Shown here: piece after piece, positions 50,776 to 60,434 of the stretch
Position numbering within the stretch: position 1 is the stretch's first letter
Layout: every line of letters starts with the position of its first letter
DNA from: Pseudomonadota bacterium
GTDB lineage: Bacteria > Pseudomonadota > Gammaproteobacteria > Burkholderiales > Burkholderiaceae_C
Reading direction: 5' to 3'
Assembly (NCBI GenBank): GCA_040385775.1
Contig: JAZKGR010000171.1
Span: 25,072-89,071, forward strand
Length of the DNA: 64,000 nt
Position numbers and translations under genes: made by a program
Notes under the pieces: model-generated
Told to the model about the DNA's origin: nothing
What the model saw: the letters and a program-made list of their open reading frames with translations, nothing else
The model's database searches: none

Positions 50776-51591
50776 ATGAACACTCCTTCTTCCCTTCCGT
50801 CCGCCGAGGGCAGCGTCGATTGCACGGTGCAAGGCCCGCTGCTGCTGATCGCCATTAACCGCCCGGCCAAGCGCAATGGTTTCACGCCAAAGATGTTCCG
50901 CGAGCTCGGCGAGGCCTACACAAGGCTCGACGATGACCCGGCGCTGCGTGTCGGCGTGTTGTATGCCATCGGCGATCATTTCACCGCCGGGCTGGACCTG
51001 CCGACGATTGCGCCGCTGATGCAGCGCGGTGAAAAGGCGGTGCCGCTGGGACTCGTCGATCCGCTGAATCTTGGGATGGAGGGTTACCGCCGCCGCAGCA
51101 AACCCATGGTGGTGGCGGTGCAGGGCATCACCTACACACTGGGCATTGAGTTGATGCTGGCGGCTGACATCGTGGTGGCGGCCGATGATTGCCGGTTTTC
51201 ACAGCTGGAGGTCAAGCGCGGCATCATGGCCACCGGCGGCGCGACCCTGCGCATGGCCGAACGTGCCGGCCTGGGCAACGCGCTGCTGCATCTGCTGACG
51301 GGTGACGAGTTCGGTAGCGCGGAGGCCCTGCGGCTGAACTTTGTGCAAAAAGTGGTGCCCGCCGGGCAGGCATTGGACGAGGCCCTGCGCATTGCCGAAG
51401 TCATCGCTGCCCAGGCGCCGCTGGCCGTGGTGGCGACGCGAAAAAACGCGCTCAAAGCCGTGGAACAGGGCCCGCTCGCCGCCATGCAGGACTTCATCAC
51501 GGTGCAGCAGGGGCTGTCACGCAGCGAAGATGCGGCCGAAGGTCTGCGTTCGTTTGTCGAGAAGCGGCCGGCCCGGTTTGAGGGGCGTTAG
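50776..51591 (+). CDS. Crotonase/enoyl-CoA hydratase family protein
   Basis: INRPAKRN, FTAGLDL, GIELMLAAD, EVKRG. Confidence 0.92.
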   Translation: MNTPSSLPSAEGSVDCTVQGPLLLIAINRPAKRNGFTPKMFRELGEAYTRLDDDPALRVGVLYAIGDHFTAGLDLPTIAPLMQRGEKAVPLGLVDPLNLGMEGYRRRSKPMVVAVQGITYTLGIELMLAADIVVAADDCRFSQLEVKRGIMATGGATLRMAERAGLGNALLHLLTGDEFGSAEALRLNFVQKVVPAGQALDEALRIAEVIAAQAPLAVVATRKNALKAVEQGPLAAMQDFITVQQGLSRSEDAAEGLRSFVEKRPARFEGR

Positions 51592-51600
51592 GTTTTATCT

Positions 51601-51689
51601 GTCATCCCGGGCGTGACCCGGGATCCATGTCACATGTACCAGCAGCTGTCGGTCTGCCGGCATGGATTGCGGATCGAGTCCGCCATAAC
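51601..51689. repeat. REP-like palindromic element, family I
   Basis: GTCATCCCGGGCGTGACCCGGGATCCATG ... CATGGATTGCGGATCGAGTCCGC between convergent genes. Confidence 0.85.
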
Positions 51690-51699
51690 AAGCGAGTTG

Positions 51700-52668
51700 T
51701 CAGGACAGCTGGTTGGACACGCCGCTGACCACGTGGCCCGAAGGCACATGCTGAGAAGCTGAATCGACGTGGCCGGTCTGGTCGTCGAAGAAAAAGTCGG
51801 GTTCGAACTCTCGTAAAAACTCGCCCTTGGCCAGCCCGCCCAGAAACATCGCTTCATCGACCTCGATGTTCCAGTCCATCAGCGTGCGGATGGCACGTTC
51901 GTGTGCCGGCGCGCTGCGCGCCGTTACCAGCGCCGTGCGTATGCGCATGTGCGAGGTGCCGACCTGCTGCAGCCGGTGCAGCGCTTCGAGCAGCGGCTTG
52001 AAGGGCCCGGCCAGCAGCGGTTGCGCGGCCTTGGCGCGTTCATGCGCCTGGAAGGCCGACAGGCCCTGCGACTGGAACACGCGTTCGGCTTCGTCCGAAA
52101 AAATCACCGCATCACCGTCGAAGGCAATGCGCACTTCGTTCGGGTGTTTGTCGCTGGCGTGCGCCGACTGCGGGTAGACCTGCGCAGCCGGCACGCCGGC
52201 CGCCAGTGCATCACGCACGTCGCTGAGGTGCGCCGACAAAAACAGGTTGGCGTGCAGCGGCTTGAGGTAGCGCCAGGGCGCCTCGCCGCGGTTGAAGGTG
52301 CCGCGCTGGATGTTCAGGCCGTAGTGCTGGGCCGAGCGGAACACCCGCATGCCCGAGACCGGGTCGTTGCGCGACAGGATCACGACCTCGACGCGCTGGG
52401 CCAGCTTGGCCTGCGGTGACGCGTCGTCCAGGCTGTCGGGCGCGTCGTTGAAGGCGAGCAGCTTCTTGACCAGCGAAAAGGCCACGCCGGGTTTGGCCGG
52501 CACATCGAGCCGGTCCAGCTGCAGCTGCATGTAGGCCGCGTCCTTTTTGGCGCCGGGCACGGGTGGCTGCACCATGCCGTCCTCGAACACGCGGTTTTCT
52601 TCTTCGAAATCGAACAGCGCGCGCGATGAAATCGCCACCACCAGTTGTCCGTCCAGAGTTGCTGCCAT
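51700..52668 (-). CDS. 5'-nucleotidase (cN-I type)
   Basis: VAISSRALFD, RIAFDGDAVIF, VTARSAPAHER, FFDDQ. Confidence 0.92.
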   Translation of the reverse strand: MAATLDGQLVVAISSRALFDFEEENRVFEDGMVQPPVPGAKKDAAYMQLQLDRLDVPAKPGVAFSLVKKLLAFNDAPDSLDDASPQAKLAQRVEVVILSRNDPVSGMRVFRSAQHYGLNIQRGTFNRGEAPWRYLKPLHANLFLSAHLSDVRDALAAGVPAAQVYPQSAHASDKHPNEVRIAFDGDAVIFSDEAERVFQSQGLSAFQAHERAKAAQPLLAGPFKPLLEALHRLQQVGTSHMRIRTALVTARSAPAHERAIRTLMDWNIEVDEAMFLGGLAKGEFLREFEPDFFFDDQTGHVDSASQHVPSGHVVSGVSNQLS

Positions 52669-52684
52669 GGTTTGCCTGTTTGCT

Positions 52685-53245
52685 TCAGCGGGAATGCTTT
52701 AACGATAGCTCAAGTGTGCGCCATTGGCCGCAGGCTGTCGCCTCCAGTGGCCACTGGTCGGCGCGCTCGACCTGGCGGATGCCCCGGGCCAGCAACTGCG
52801 CCGCGCGGATGATGCCGGCGTGAGTGACCCACACCGTGTCGGCATCACCCAGTTCGTCGAAAGCCTCGCCCACGCGTGTCATCACCGCGCGCACGGTTTC
52901 GCCGTGGCCGCCCACCGCATGGCCGGCAAAGTCGGCGGTCCATGCGTCGAACTCGCTTTGCGCGATGGCGTCCCAGCGCCGGCCTTCCCAGTTGCCGAAG
53001 TTCATCTCACGCAGCCGGGCGTCGGTTTCAGGCATCAAATCGGGCCGCAGCCCATACAGGGACTGGGAAAGGTGCTCACATCTTTGTAGCGGTGAGGTGC
53101 TGACACGCAGGCCCTGCGGCAGCGCGTCCGCCAGCGCTTGCGCGGCCGCCAGGGTGGCAGCGGCATCGGCTGGCAGGTCCAGCGCGCCGTAACAACTGCC
53201 TGGCGCCAGCAGTACAGGCGCGTGGCGCACCAGCCAGAGCCTCAT
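52685..53245 (-). CDS. cobC: Histidine phosphatase, alpha-ribazole phosphatase-like
   Basis: LVRHA, TSPLQRC, LREMNFGNWEG, VTHAGII; follows cobS. Confidence 0.82.
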   Translation of the reverse strand: MRLWLVRHAPVLLAPGSCYGALDLPADAAATLAAAQALADALPQGLRVSTSPLQRCEHLSQSLYGLRPDLMPETDARLREMNFGNWEGRRWDAIAQSEFDAWTADFAGHAVGGHGETVRAVMTRVGEAFDELGDADTVWVTHAGIIRAAQLLARGIRQVERADQWPLEATACGQWRTLELSLKHSR

Positions 53246-54087
53246 GCCAGGCCAACCGCCAGGCCGAGGTAAAAAGCAATCTCGCAGACCTGCTGGGTGG
53301 CGCCCAGGCAGTCACCCGTGAAGCCGCCCAGGCGGCGCGTGAACAGCCGCCCCATCCATAGCAAGGCGAGGATGGCAAAGCTGCAGGCTGCTATCAAAAC
53401 AATAGCGTCCAACATATAGCTGGCGAGGGCCAAGGCCATAAAACACCACAAAAAAGCGACGCCCAGGCTGCCCATGCTGATCTGGTCGGCCAGCGGTTTG
53501 GATTTGGATGTTGTGGTGTCGCCCACATGCGGCAGCACACGGATCAGCAGCAGCGGCAAGCCACGCGAGACCACGTGGGCGGCCAGCAGCGCGGCAGGCA
53601 CCAGCCAGGGATCCAGCTCGAACATCAGCGGGTCGCTGTCCGGCACTTCGGTTTCGAGCGAACCCAGCAAGGCCAGCAGCGCCAGTTTGCAGCCCAGCGC
53701 CAGCACCAGCGCCAGCGCGCCGAAGGCGCCGACACGCGAGTCCTTCATGATCTCCAGCGCGCGTGGCGCGTCGCCGCTGCCACCCAAGCCGTCACTGACG
53801 TCAGCAAGGCCGTCTTCATGAAAGGCGCCGGTCAGCAGCACCGTGGCCACGGTGGACAGCGCAGCGGCCACCAGCGGGGTGAACGCGCTCAGAGGCAGCA
53901 GGGCCATCAGCAGCGCATAGACGCCCGCAGCCACCGCGCCAACCAGCCAGCCGATGCCGGGAAAATGCGCAGCGCTGGCGCGCAGCATGGCCGGGCTGTA
54001 GCCCACCCACGCCGCCAGCGACCCGGTCACCGGGATGCGGGTGAAAAACTGCACGGCGAGCAGGAAATGGCGCAGGAAGCGGCTCAT
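53242..54087 (-). CDS. cobS: Adenosylcobinamide-GDP ribazoletransferase
   Basis: QFFTRIP, GAFHEDGLAD, IMKDSRVG, GGFTGDCLG. Confidence 0.95.
   Translation of the reverse strand: MSRFLRHFLLAVQFFTRIPVTGSLAAWVGYSPAMLRASAAHFPGIGWLVGAVAAGVYALLMALLPLSAFTPLVAAALSTVATVLLTGAFHEDGLADVSDGLGGSGDAPRALEIMKDSRVGAFGALALVLALGCKLALLALLGSLETEVPDSDPLMFELDPWLVPAALLAAHVVSRGLPLLLIRVLPHVGDTTTSKSKPLADQISMGSLGVAFLWCFMALALASYMLDAIVLIAACSFAILALLWMGRLFTRRLGGFTGDCLGATQQVCEIAFYLGLAVGLA
53390..53453 (+). repeat. Dispersed 17+20 motif copy 11 (inside cobS TM region)
   Basis: GCTATCAAAACAATAGC-N20-GGGCCAAGGCCATAAAACACCACAAAA. Confidence 0.78.
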
Positions 54088-54109
54088 GGCTTGGCCCCGG
54101 CAGGACTTA

Positions 54110-54196
54110 TCATTGCGGGCTTGACCCGCGATCCATGCTGGATTACTGCACCTGCGGGTACATGCTGCATGGATCCCGGATCACGTCCGGGATGAC
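54110..54196. repeat. REP-like palindromic element, family I (inverted orientation)
   Basis: TCATTGCGGGCTTGACCCGCGATCCATG ... CATGGATCCCGGATCACGTCCGGGATGAC. Confidence 0.85.
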
Positions 54197-54235
54197 AACA
54201 CGGGAACGTGAGCGTCACCAAATCGGCCACGACGT

Positions 54236-55288
54236 TCATGCACCGGTTTTCCCACTGACCCCGGCCGAATCGAAACTCGCCATTTCTGCCAGAAACAGCG
54301 CTGCCGACTGCAGCAGCGGCCAGGCCAGCAGCGCGCCCGTTCCCTCGCCGAGACGCATGTCCAGGTCCAGCAAGGGTGTGGCCTGCAGGTGCGCCAGCAG
54401 CAGGTGGTGGCCGCGCTCGGCCGAGCGGTGGCAAAACACCAGGTAGTCCTTCACGGCCGGCAGCAGGGCGCAGGCCACCAGCGCGGCAGCGCCGGCGATA
54501 AAACCATCGACCAGCACCACGCGTCGTTCGCTGGCAGCCTGCAACATCGCGCCGCTCATCATCGCGATTTCAAAGCCGCCCAGCGCGGCCAGCACCGCCA
54601 GCGGTTCGTGCGCATCGGCGTGGTGGGCGAGCGCCCGCGTCAGCACCGCCTGCTTGTGGGCCAATTGGGCATCGTCGAGGCCGGTGCCGCGTCCCACGAC
54701 ATCGCTGATCGGTAGCCCGGCCAGCCGGGCCAGCAGCAACGCGGCCGGGGAGGTATTGGCGATGCCCATCTCGCCGAAAGCCACGACATTGCCGGGCAAA
54801 TCTTTCACGACAGCCATGCCGGTGTGTAGCGCCTGTACCGCCTGTGCCATCGACATCGCGGGGCCTCCGCAGAGGTTGGCGGTGCCGGCTGCGATTTTTC
54901 GTTGCAGCAGTTGCGGATGAGCCGTCAGCTCGGCAGCCACGCCGGCGTCCACCACCTGCAGCGCAAAGCCATGCTGGCGCGCAAACACATTGATGGCCGC
55001 GCCGCCGGCCAGCATGTTGCCGACCATCTGCAGCGTGACGGCCTGCGGGAACGCCGACACGCCTTCGCTGGCGATGCCGTGGTCGGCGGCAAACACCACC
55101 ATCTGCGGCGCATCGAAGCGAATGGCTTCGCTGCGCTGGATCAGGCCGAGCTGCAGCGCCAGCGTTTCGAGCCGGCCCAAAGCGCCCAGCGGTTTGGTCT
55201 TGTGGTTGATGCGCTGCTGCAGCCGTGCCGCCAGCGCCGCGTCGGCGGTGGGTTCAATTGCGGGCAGGAGGAGTGTTTTGTCGGTCAT
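54236..55288 (-). CDS. cobT: Nicotinate-nucleotide--dimethylbenzimidazole phosphoribosyltransferase
   Basis: KTKPLGALGRLE, FAADHG, GEMGIANT, MRLGEGTGA. Confidence 0.96.
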   Translation of the reverse strand: MTDKTLLLPAIEPTADAALAARLQQRINHKTKPLGALGRLETLALQLGLIQRSEAIRFDAPQMVVFAADHGIASEGVSAFPQAVTLQMVGNMLAGGAAINVFARQHGFALQVVDAGVAAELTAHPQLLQRKIAAGTANLCGGPAMSMAQAVQALHTGMAVVKDLPGNVVAFGEMGIANTSPAALLLARLAGLPISDVVGRGTGLDDAQLAHKQAVLTRALAHHADAHEPLAVLAALGGFEIAMMSGAMLQAASERRVVLVDGFIAGAAALVACALLPAVKDYLVFCHRSAERGHHLLLAHLQATPLLDLDMRLGEGTGALLAWPLLQSAALFLAEMASFDSAGVSGKTGA

Positions 55289-55481
55289 CGGTGATCTGTT
55301 GGAGGCAGGCGGGGCAAAAGCAGGAGGCTTCAGGCGTGCCTGTAGGGGAAAGGGTGTTGGACGGGACCGGCATGATGTGGGGCAGCTTGACGCACCAGCA
55401 TTCGGCGTCTCCGCCGACCATGCCGCAGCGAAAGGCGACGCCGCAGCGTGGGCATGAGGAGTTGGCCCCTGCGGCAGTCAT
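55254..55481 (-). CDS. Cysteine-rich CWC family small protein
   Basis: CPRCG..FRC..CWC..CFCPACL. Confidence 0.8.
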   Translation of the reverse strand: MTAAGANSSCPRCGVAFRCGMVGGDAECWCVKLPHIMPVPSNTLSPTGTPEASCFCPACLQQITDDRQNTPPARN

Positions 55482-55493
55482 GCTTAGGCCTCC

Positions 55494-57083
55494 TCAGGCC
55501 TGCAGGAACAGCCGGTAGACCGGGTTGTCGGTCTCTTCCACATGCGGGTAGCCGAGGGTGTCCAGAAAGGCCTTGAAGGCCTTGTTGTCGGTCTTGGGCA
55601 CCTGCAGGCCGACCAGGATGCGGCCGTAGTCGGCACCCTGATTGCGGTAGTGGAACAGGCTGATGTTCCAGCCTGGCTGCATCGTCGACAAAAACTTCAT
55701 CAATGCGCCCGGACGCTCCGGAAACACAAAACGCAGCAGGCGCTCGTCTTTCGACAGCGCGGTGTGGCCGCCGACCATGTGGCGGATGTGTTCCTTGGCC
55801 AGGTCGTCGTGGGTCAGGTCCAGCGCCTTGAAGCCATGCTTGCTGAAGTTGTTGGCGATTTTTGTGCTCTCGCCCTTGCCGTGGGTGGTCAGGCCGACAA
55901 ACACATGGGCCTGGCTGGCGTCGCTGATGCGGTAGTTGAACTCGGTCACGCTGCGCGGGCCGCCAGGCAGCTCGCCGATCAGCTCGCAAAAGCGCCGGAA
56001 GCTGCCGCGCTCCTCGGGGATCGTCACCGCAAACAGCGCCTCGCGCTCCTCGCCGACTTCGGCGCGCTCGGCAACAAAACGCAGGCGGTCGAAATTCATG
56101 TTGGCGCCGCACAGGATGGCGGCGTAGGTCTCGCCCTTGGTCTTGTGGGTGGCCACGTACTGCTTGATGGCGGCCACACTCATGGCGCCGGACGGCTCGA
56201 CGATGCTGCGCGTGTCGATGAACACGTCCTTGATCGCGGCGCAAACGGCGTCGGTGTCCACCGTGATGAATTCGTCAACCAGCGCGCGGCTGATGCGGAA
56301 GGTTTCCTCGCCGACCAGCTTGACGGCCGTGCCGTCGGCAAACAGGCCGACATCGGGCAAGGTGACGCGTTTGCCGGCGCCCACCGACAGCGCCATGGCG
56401 TTGGAGTCGCTCATCTGCACGCCGATGACCTTGACCTCGGGGCGCACGGCCTTGATGTAGTTGGCCACGCCGGAGATCAGGCCGCCACCGCCGATGGCAA
56501 CAAACACCGCGTCGAGCGAGCCTTTGCCGATGGTCTGGATCTGCCGCAGGATTTCCATCGCGATCGTGCCCTGGCCGGCGATGACGTCCGGATCGTCAAA
56601 GGGGTGCACAAAGGTCAGCCCGTTTTTTTTCTCCAGCGTGACGGCATGCAGGTGGGCATCGGAATAACTGTCGCCGTGCAGGATCACCTCGCCGCCGAGG
56701 GCCCGAACCGCATCGACCTTGACCTGCGGCGTGGTGACAGGCATCACGATGACGGCGCGCGTGCCGAGCTTGTGCGCGCCCAGGGCCACACCCTGGGCAT
56801 GGTTGCCGGCCGAGGCGCAAATCACGCCCTTCTTGAGCTGGGCGGCGCTCAGGTGTGCCATCTTGTTATAGGCGCCGCGCAGCTTGAAGCTGAACACCGG
56901 CTGCTGGTCCTCGCGCTTGAGCAGCACCGTGTTGTGCATGCGGCGGCTGAGGTTTTTGGCCGGCTCCAGGCCGGACTCGACCGCCACGTCATACACGCGG
57001 GCGGTCAGGATTTTTTTGAGGTAGTCGGCGGGTTGAAGGCCGGCTGCCCGGGGGGCAGATGTTTTGCGGGTGGGCGATGTCAT
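55494..57083 (-). CDS. ilvA: Threonine ammonia-lyase, biosynthetic
   Basis: KREDQQPVFSFKLRGAYN, SAGNHAQG, C-terminal regulatory domains. Confidence 0.97.
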   Translation of the reverse strand: MTSPTRKTSAPRAAGLQPADYLKKILTARVYDVAVESGLEPAKNLSRRMHNTVLLKREDQQPVFSFKLRGAYNKMAHLSAAQLKKGVICASAGNHAQGVALGAHKLGTRAVIVMPVTTPQVKVDAVRALGGEVILHGDSYSDAHLHAVTLEKKNGLTFVHPFDDPDVIAGQGTIAMEILRQIQTIGKGSLDAVFVAIGGGGLISGVANYIKAVRPEVKVIGVQMSDSNAMALSVGAGKRVTLPDVGLFADGTAVKLVGEETFRISRALVDEFITVDTDAVCAAIKDVFIDTRSIVEPSGAMSVAAIKQYVATHKTKGETYAAILCGANMNFDRLRFVAERAEVGEEREALFAVTIPEERGSFRRFCELIGELPGGPRSVTEFNYRISDASQAHVFVGLTTHGKGESTKIANNFSKHGFKALDLTHDDLAKEHIRHMVGGHTALSKDERLLRFVFPERPGALMKFLSTMQPGWNISLFHYRNQGADYGRILVGLQVPKTDNKAFKAFLDTLGYPHVEETDNPVYRLFLQA

Positions 57084-57177
57084 GGGGTCACTTCCTGTCT
57101 TTGATGATAGTAGGGTTTGAGACCGCATCGGATGCGCCGGCGCGCCCGTTCGCCTGCACGAAGCGTGGTTCAACAAT

Positions 57178-57213
57178 AAAAAAGCCGCCAACTCCGAAGA
57201 GTTGGCGGCTTTT
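57178..57213 (-). terminator. Intrinsic terminator of porin gene
   Basis: AAAAAAGCCGCCAACT-CCGAAG-AGTTGGCGGCTTTT. Confidence 0.88.
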
Positions 57214-57251
57214 GAGCTTTGAATCTCAAGCTGGCTTAAGCCAGCCGGAGA

Positions 57252-58385
57252 TCAGAAAGCGTGGCGAACGCCCAGGTACAGCTGGCTGGCATCCTGACCA
57301 ACAGCGTTGGCAGGCGTACCGTTCAGAGCGGCTTGGGTGTACAGCGCGTAACCTGCGGCGGCTTTGTTGTTGATCTTGGCGTACGACACACCCAGCGACG
57401 TGCGCTTGGACAGGGCGTAGTCATAACCAACCGAGAACATCGATGCACCGGTATCAACGGTCGCAGCATTCGCCGCAGCAACGGTGGCAAAGCCAGAGCC
57501 TTTCAGGTCACGTGCTTTGGTGTACGTGAACAGGAAAGTGCCAGCGCCGAGAGGCACGGTCACAGGGATGGACCATGCGCGACGCTTCAACTGGGTAGCA
57601 GCAGCGCCGGCAGCGGCGTTTTCGAGTTCGGACTCGTCAAAGGTCAGACCAACGGTTGCAACACCGAAGTTCCAGTCGATGAAGGCGGTGGCAGCTTGTT
57701 GGTCTGCACGGGCAGCACCGGCTGTGCGGTTCTCAGACTTGGCATCCCAGAAGGACACGCCAGCCTTGAAGGGGCCATTGCCGTAGTTCAAGCCCAGCGA
57801 CATTGCGCGGCCTTTGCCTGCATCGCCCACGGGGCCATCAGTAGCAGCGCCAGCTGTGAAGGCGGTGCTGTAGTTCGCTTGAGCCTGGAAGCCAGAGAAG
57901 TTAGGCGTGGTGTAACGAATTACGTTATTTGTACGAGTGGCATTTGCGATAGGTGCAGTGACCGTGCCAACAAAACCGAGAATAGAGCAGCTGGAGGCTT
58001 GAAGCGCCGTAGCACGTGCACCGTGCTGGTCAGAGCCCAGGCAGTAGTGGGTGTCGAGCTTGCCCAGCTGGATCATGCCCAGGCCGCCGCTCAGGCCGAC
58101 GAAGGTGTTGCCGCCAGCTTGGGCTGCTGCCGTGGCTTCATCAAGCTTGAAGCGGGTGTCGATCTGGAAAACAGCTTTCAGGCCGCCACCGAGGTCTTCA
58201 GTGCCACCGATGATGAAGCGCGAAGAGCCGTCAGCAATGCTGAGGCCATTGCCGTTGCCAGCAGCAGCGCCGGAATATTTGGTTTGTGCAACGCCGCCTT
58301 TGATGTTGCCGGACAGGGTCACAGAAGACTGAGCGAAAGCGCTAACAGCCGCGAATGCAGCCAGAGCAACTAGGGATTTTTTCAT
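57252..58385 (-). CDS. Outer-membrane porin
   Basis: MKKSLVALA signal, GTEDLGGGLKAVFQ, YALSKRT, C-terminal RHAF. Confidence 0.94.
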   Translation of the reverse strand: MKKSLVALAAFAAVSAFAQSSVTLSGNIKGGVAQTKYSGAAAGNGNGLSIADGSSRFIIGGTEDLGGGLKAVFQIDTRFKLDEATAAAQAGGNTFVGLSGGLGMIQLGKLDTHYCLGSDQHGARATALQASSCSILGFVGTVTAPIANATRTNNVIRYTTPNFSGFQAQANYSTAFTAGAATDGPVGDAGKGRAMSLGLNYGNGPFKAGVSFWDAKSENRTAGAARADQQAATAFIDWNFGVATVGLTFDESELENAAAGAAATQLKRRAWSIPVTVPLGAGTFLFTYTKARDLKGSGFATVAAANAATVDTGASMFSVGYDYALSKRTSLGVSYAKINNKAAAGYALYTQAALNGTPANAVGQDASQLYLGVRHAF

Positions 58386-58588
58386 TGCGAGTTTCTCCAA
58401 GGTTAAACATAGGGCTCCAGGATTTTGGATCCCCGGGCCAACCTCCATTTAGGAAGTTGTATGTATTGCACCAGAGGCCGGAAGCTTTCGCAAAGGAATT
58501 AGCCTGCTAAATACATTTCCGTTGCACACCTGCAACAAATCTTTTGGCGGCTGTGGCAAAGCAGCCATGCGCCTTCTGCTGTTTAACG

Positions 58589-58609
58589 TGTACTACAAAA
58601 TGTAGTACA
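58589..58609. promoter_or_regulatory. Operator palindrome upstream of Phd-like gene
   Basis: TGTACTACA-AAA-TGTAGTACA. Confidence 0.6.
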
Positions 58610-58666
58610 TTGACCCTCGCAGCCACCAACAAGCTTTGTGTGATCCTCAACCCTGCCTGTGATTTG

Positions 58667-58939
58667 ATGACCCAGCAATCCATCTCTTTGAGAGATGCCA
58701 ACCAGAACTTTTCACGGGTGATTGCCGCCGTTGAGCGCGGCGAGGTGTTTGCCATTACCCGGCGCGGCCAGGAGGTGGCCCGCCTGATACCTTCCAGTCA
58801 CGCTGCGCAGGTCTCGCCAGACATCGGCGTGGCGGCAGAAAAACCCCTGACGGATGCCGCGCTGGCCGAGCGCATGCGCAGGCTGGAGGCACTGGTGGAT
58901 AAACTGTTGTCTGCCCTTTCTGCTCCCGACATGAAGTAA
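58667..58939 (+). CDS. Phd/YefM-family antitoxin-like protein (no adjacent toxin)
   Basis: [37 protein letters not shown]. Confidence 0.8.
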   Translation: MTQQSISLRDANQNFSRVIAAVERGEVFAITRRGQEVARLIPSSHAAQVSPDIGVAAEKPLTDAALAERMRRLEALVDKLLSALSAPDMK

Positions 58940-58946
58940 ACACACC

Positions 58947-59564
58947 ATGGATACCCTGCTCAACGCTGCTGATAGCGCCCTGCGCACCCTGTTCGCAAAA
59001 CCGCATGCGAGCCGGAACTGCCCGACGGTGTCCGGACAAGCGACGGAACTGTCCGGTGCAGACAAGGCACTGGCCGGCGCGCTGATGCGCGTCAACCATG
59101 TGGGCGAGGTGTGTGCCCAGGCACTGTATGCCTCGCAGGCGCTGAGCACGAAAAACCCGGTGTTGCGCCAGCATTTCATCGAGGCCAGCAAGGAAGAGGG
59201 TGACCATCTGGCGTGGACCCGTGACAGGCTCGATGAGCTGGGCGCCCGGCCTTCGCTGCTCAACCCGCTCTGGTACGCAGGTGCTTTCGGGCTGGGCCTG
59301 CTGGCCGGACGGCTGGGTGACAGGGTCAGCCTGGGCTTTGTGGTGGAGACCGAGCGCCAGGTGGAGTCGCATCTGGCCAGCCACCTGGAACGCCTGCCGC
59401 CGGGCGATCACGCCTCACGCGCCATCGTGGCGCAGATGAAGGACGATGAAGCGCGCCATGCCCAGGAGGCGCAGGGCGCCGGCGGCCTTGATCTGCCTGC
59501 GCCCGTCAAGGCGCTGATGCGGGCGTCGGCCAAGGTCATGACCACGACGGCGCATTACATCTGA
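58947..59564 (+). CDS. coq7: Demethoxyubiquinone hydroxylase
   Basis: [33 protein letters not shown]. Confidence 0.95.
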   Translation: MDTLLNAADSALRTLFAKPHASRNCPTVSGQATELSGADKALAGALMRVNHVGEVCAQALYASQALSTKNPVLRQHFIEASKEEGDHLAWTRDRLDELGARPSLLNPLWYAGAFGLGLLAGRLGDRVSLGFVVETERQVESHLASHLERLPPGDHASRAIVAQMKDDEARHAQEAQGAGGLDLPAPVKALMRASAKVMTTTAHYI

Positions 59565-59574
59565 ACCGAGGGGC

Positions 59575-59639
59575 GCTCCTCTTTCGATAGCTAGTTACCA
59601 CCGCTGCATATGGGCTGGAAGCCGATTTGACTTATAAAT
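59575..59639 (+). repeat. Dispersed 17+20 motif copy 12 (intergenic)
   Basis: GCTCCTCTTTCGATAGC-N20-GGGCTGGAAGCCGATTTGACTTATAAAT. Confidence 0.82.
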
Positions 59640-60109
59640 CAGGCTTCGACCAACTCAAAACTCGTGGTGATGTCTGCGGTCTTGCCCAGCATGATGGTGG
59701 CCGAGCAGTATTTGTCGTGGCTCATGGCTATCGCGCGCTCAACGGCGCTGGCCGGAATGCCGCGTCCGGTCACCACAAAATGCATCTGGATGCGGGTGAA
59801 CACCTTGGGATCGGTCTCGGCCCGCTCCGAGCTGAGCCTGACCGTGCAGCCGCGCACATCGTGGCGCCCGCGCTTGAGAATCAGCACCACGTCATAAGCG
59901 GTGCAGCCGCCGGTGCCGGCCAGCACGGTTTCCATGGGGCGCGGCGCAAGGTTGGCGCCGCCGTTTTCCGGTTTGGCGGCATCCGGCGCGCCGTCCATGA
60001 CCAGCGTATGGCCGCTGCCCGTGGTGGCCAGAAAACTCATCGCTGACCCCGGAGCGCCTGTTGCGCCGGCCGAAGTGTTGGGGCCGGTCCAGCTCACTGT
60101 GCATTCCAT
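59639..60109 (-). CDS. OsmC/YhfA family protein
   Basis: PRPMETVLAGTGGCTAYDV, KYCSA. Confidence 0.92.
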   Translation of the reverse strand: MECTVSWTGPNTSAGATGAPGSAMSFLATTGSGHTLVMDGAPDAAKPENGGANLAPRPMETVLAGTGGCTAYDVVLILKRGRHDVRGCTVRLSSERAETDPKVFTRIQMHFVVTGRGIPASAVERAIAMSHDKYCSATIMLGKTADITTSFELVEA

Positions 60110-60217
60110 AAATCTCTATCCTTTAAAACCAGAAATAGTTGGAGAAAACGCTGTAAATGTTCATTTTTCACAACAGATTATTGCTGCGGTGCAACACGGC
60201 TCCGCTATACTGAAATC

Positions 60218-60315
60218 ATCGCACGAACATGCAAATGTTTTCATGCAATGCTTGTCTCCTCCATCCCTGAAAGGGTGGATTTACAGGTCCAGATCGCAAG
60301 GTCTGGACCTTTTTT
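60218..60315 (+). ncRNA. Putative small RNA with anti-Shine-Dalgarno motif
   Basis: TATACT at 60206, GTCTCCTCC at 60254, hairpin, strong terminator 60285-60315, no convincing ORF; 5' end inferred. Confidence 0.6.
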
Positions 60316-60434
60316 CTTGCCCGCGTGTTTCCTGCAGTTCAGGCCCCTGTCTTGCAGCACGGACCCCCATGCCCTGTAGGTGATTGTCAAAAGCGCTGCC
60401 TATACTCGCGGCATTGTTTTAACCGGGCAGGCAG

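Noticed and set aside
55289-55493. Cobalamin riboswitch upstream of cobT
   Set aside because: The space is filled by the CWC gene and no B12-box consensus is visible.
57252-58385. Atypical codon usage of the porin as evidence of horizontal transfer
   Set aside because: The GCT/GGT/TCT preference is typical of highly expressed genes such as major porins.
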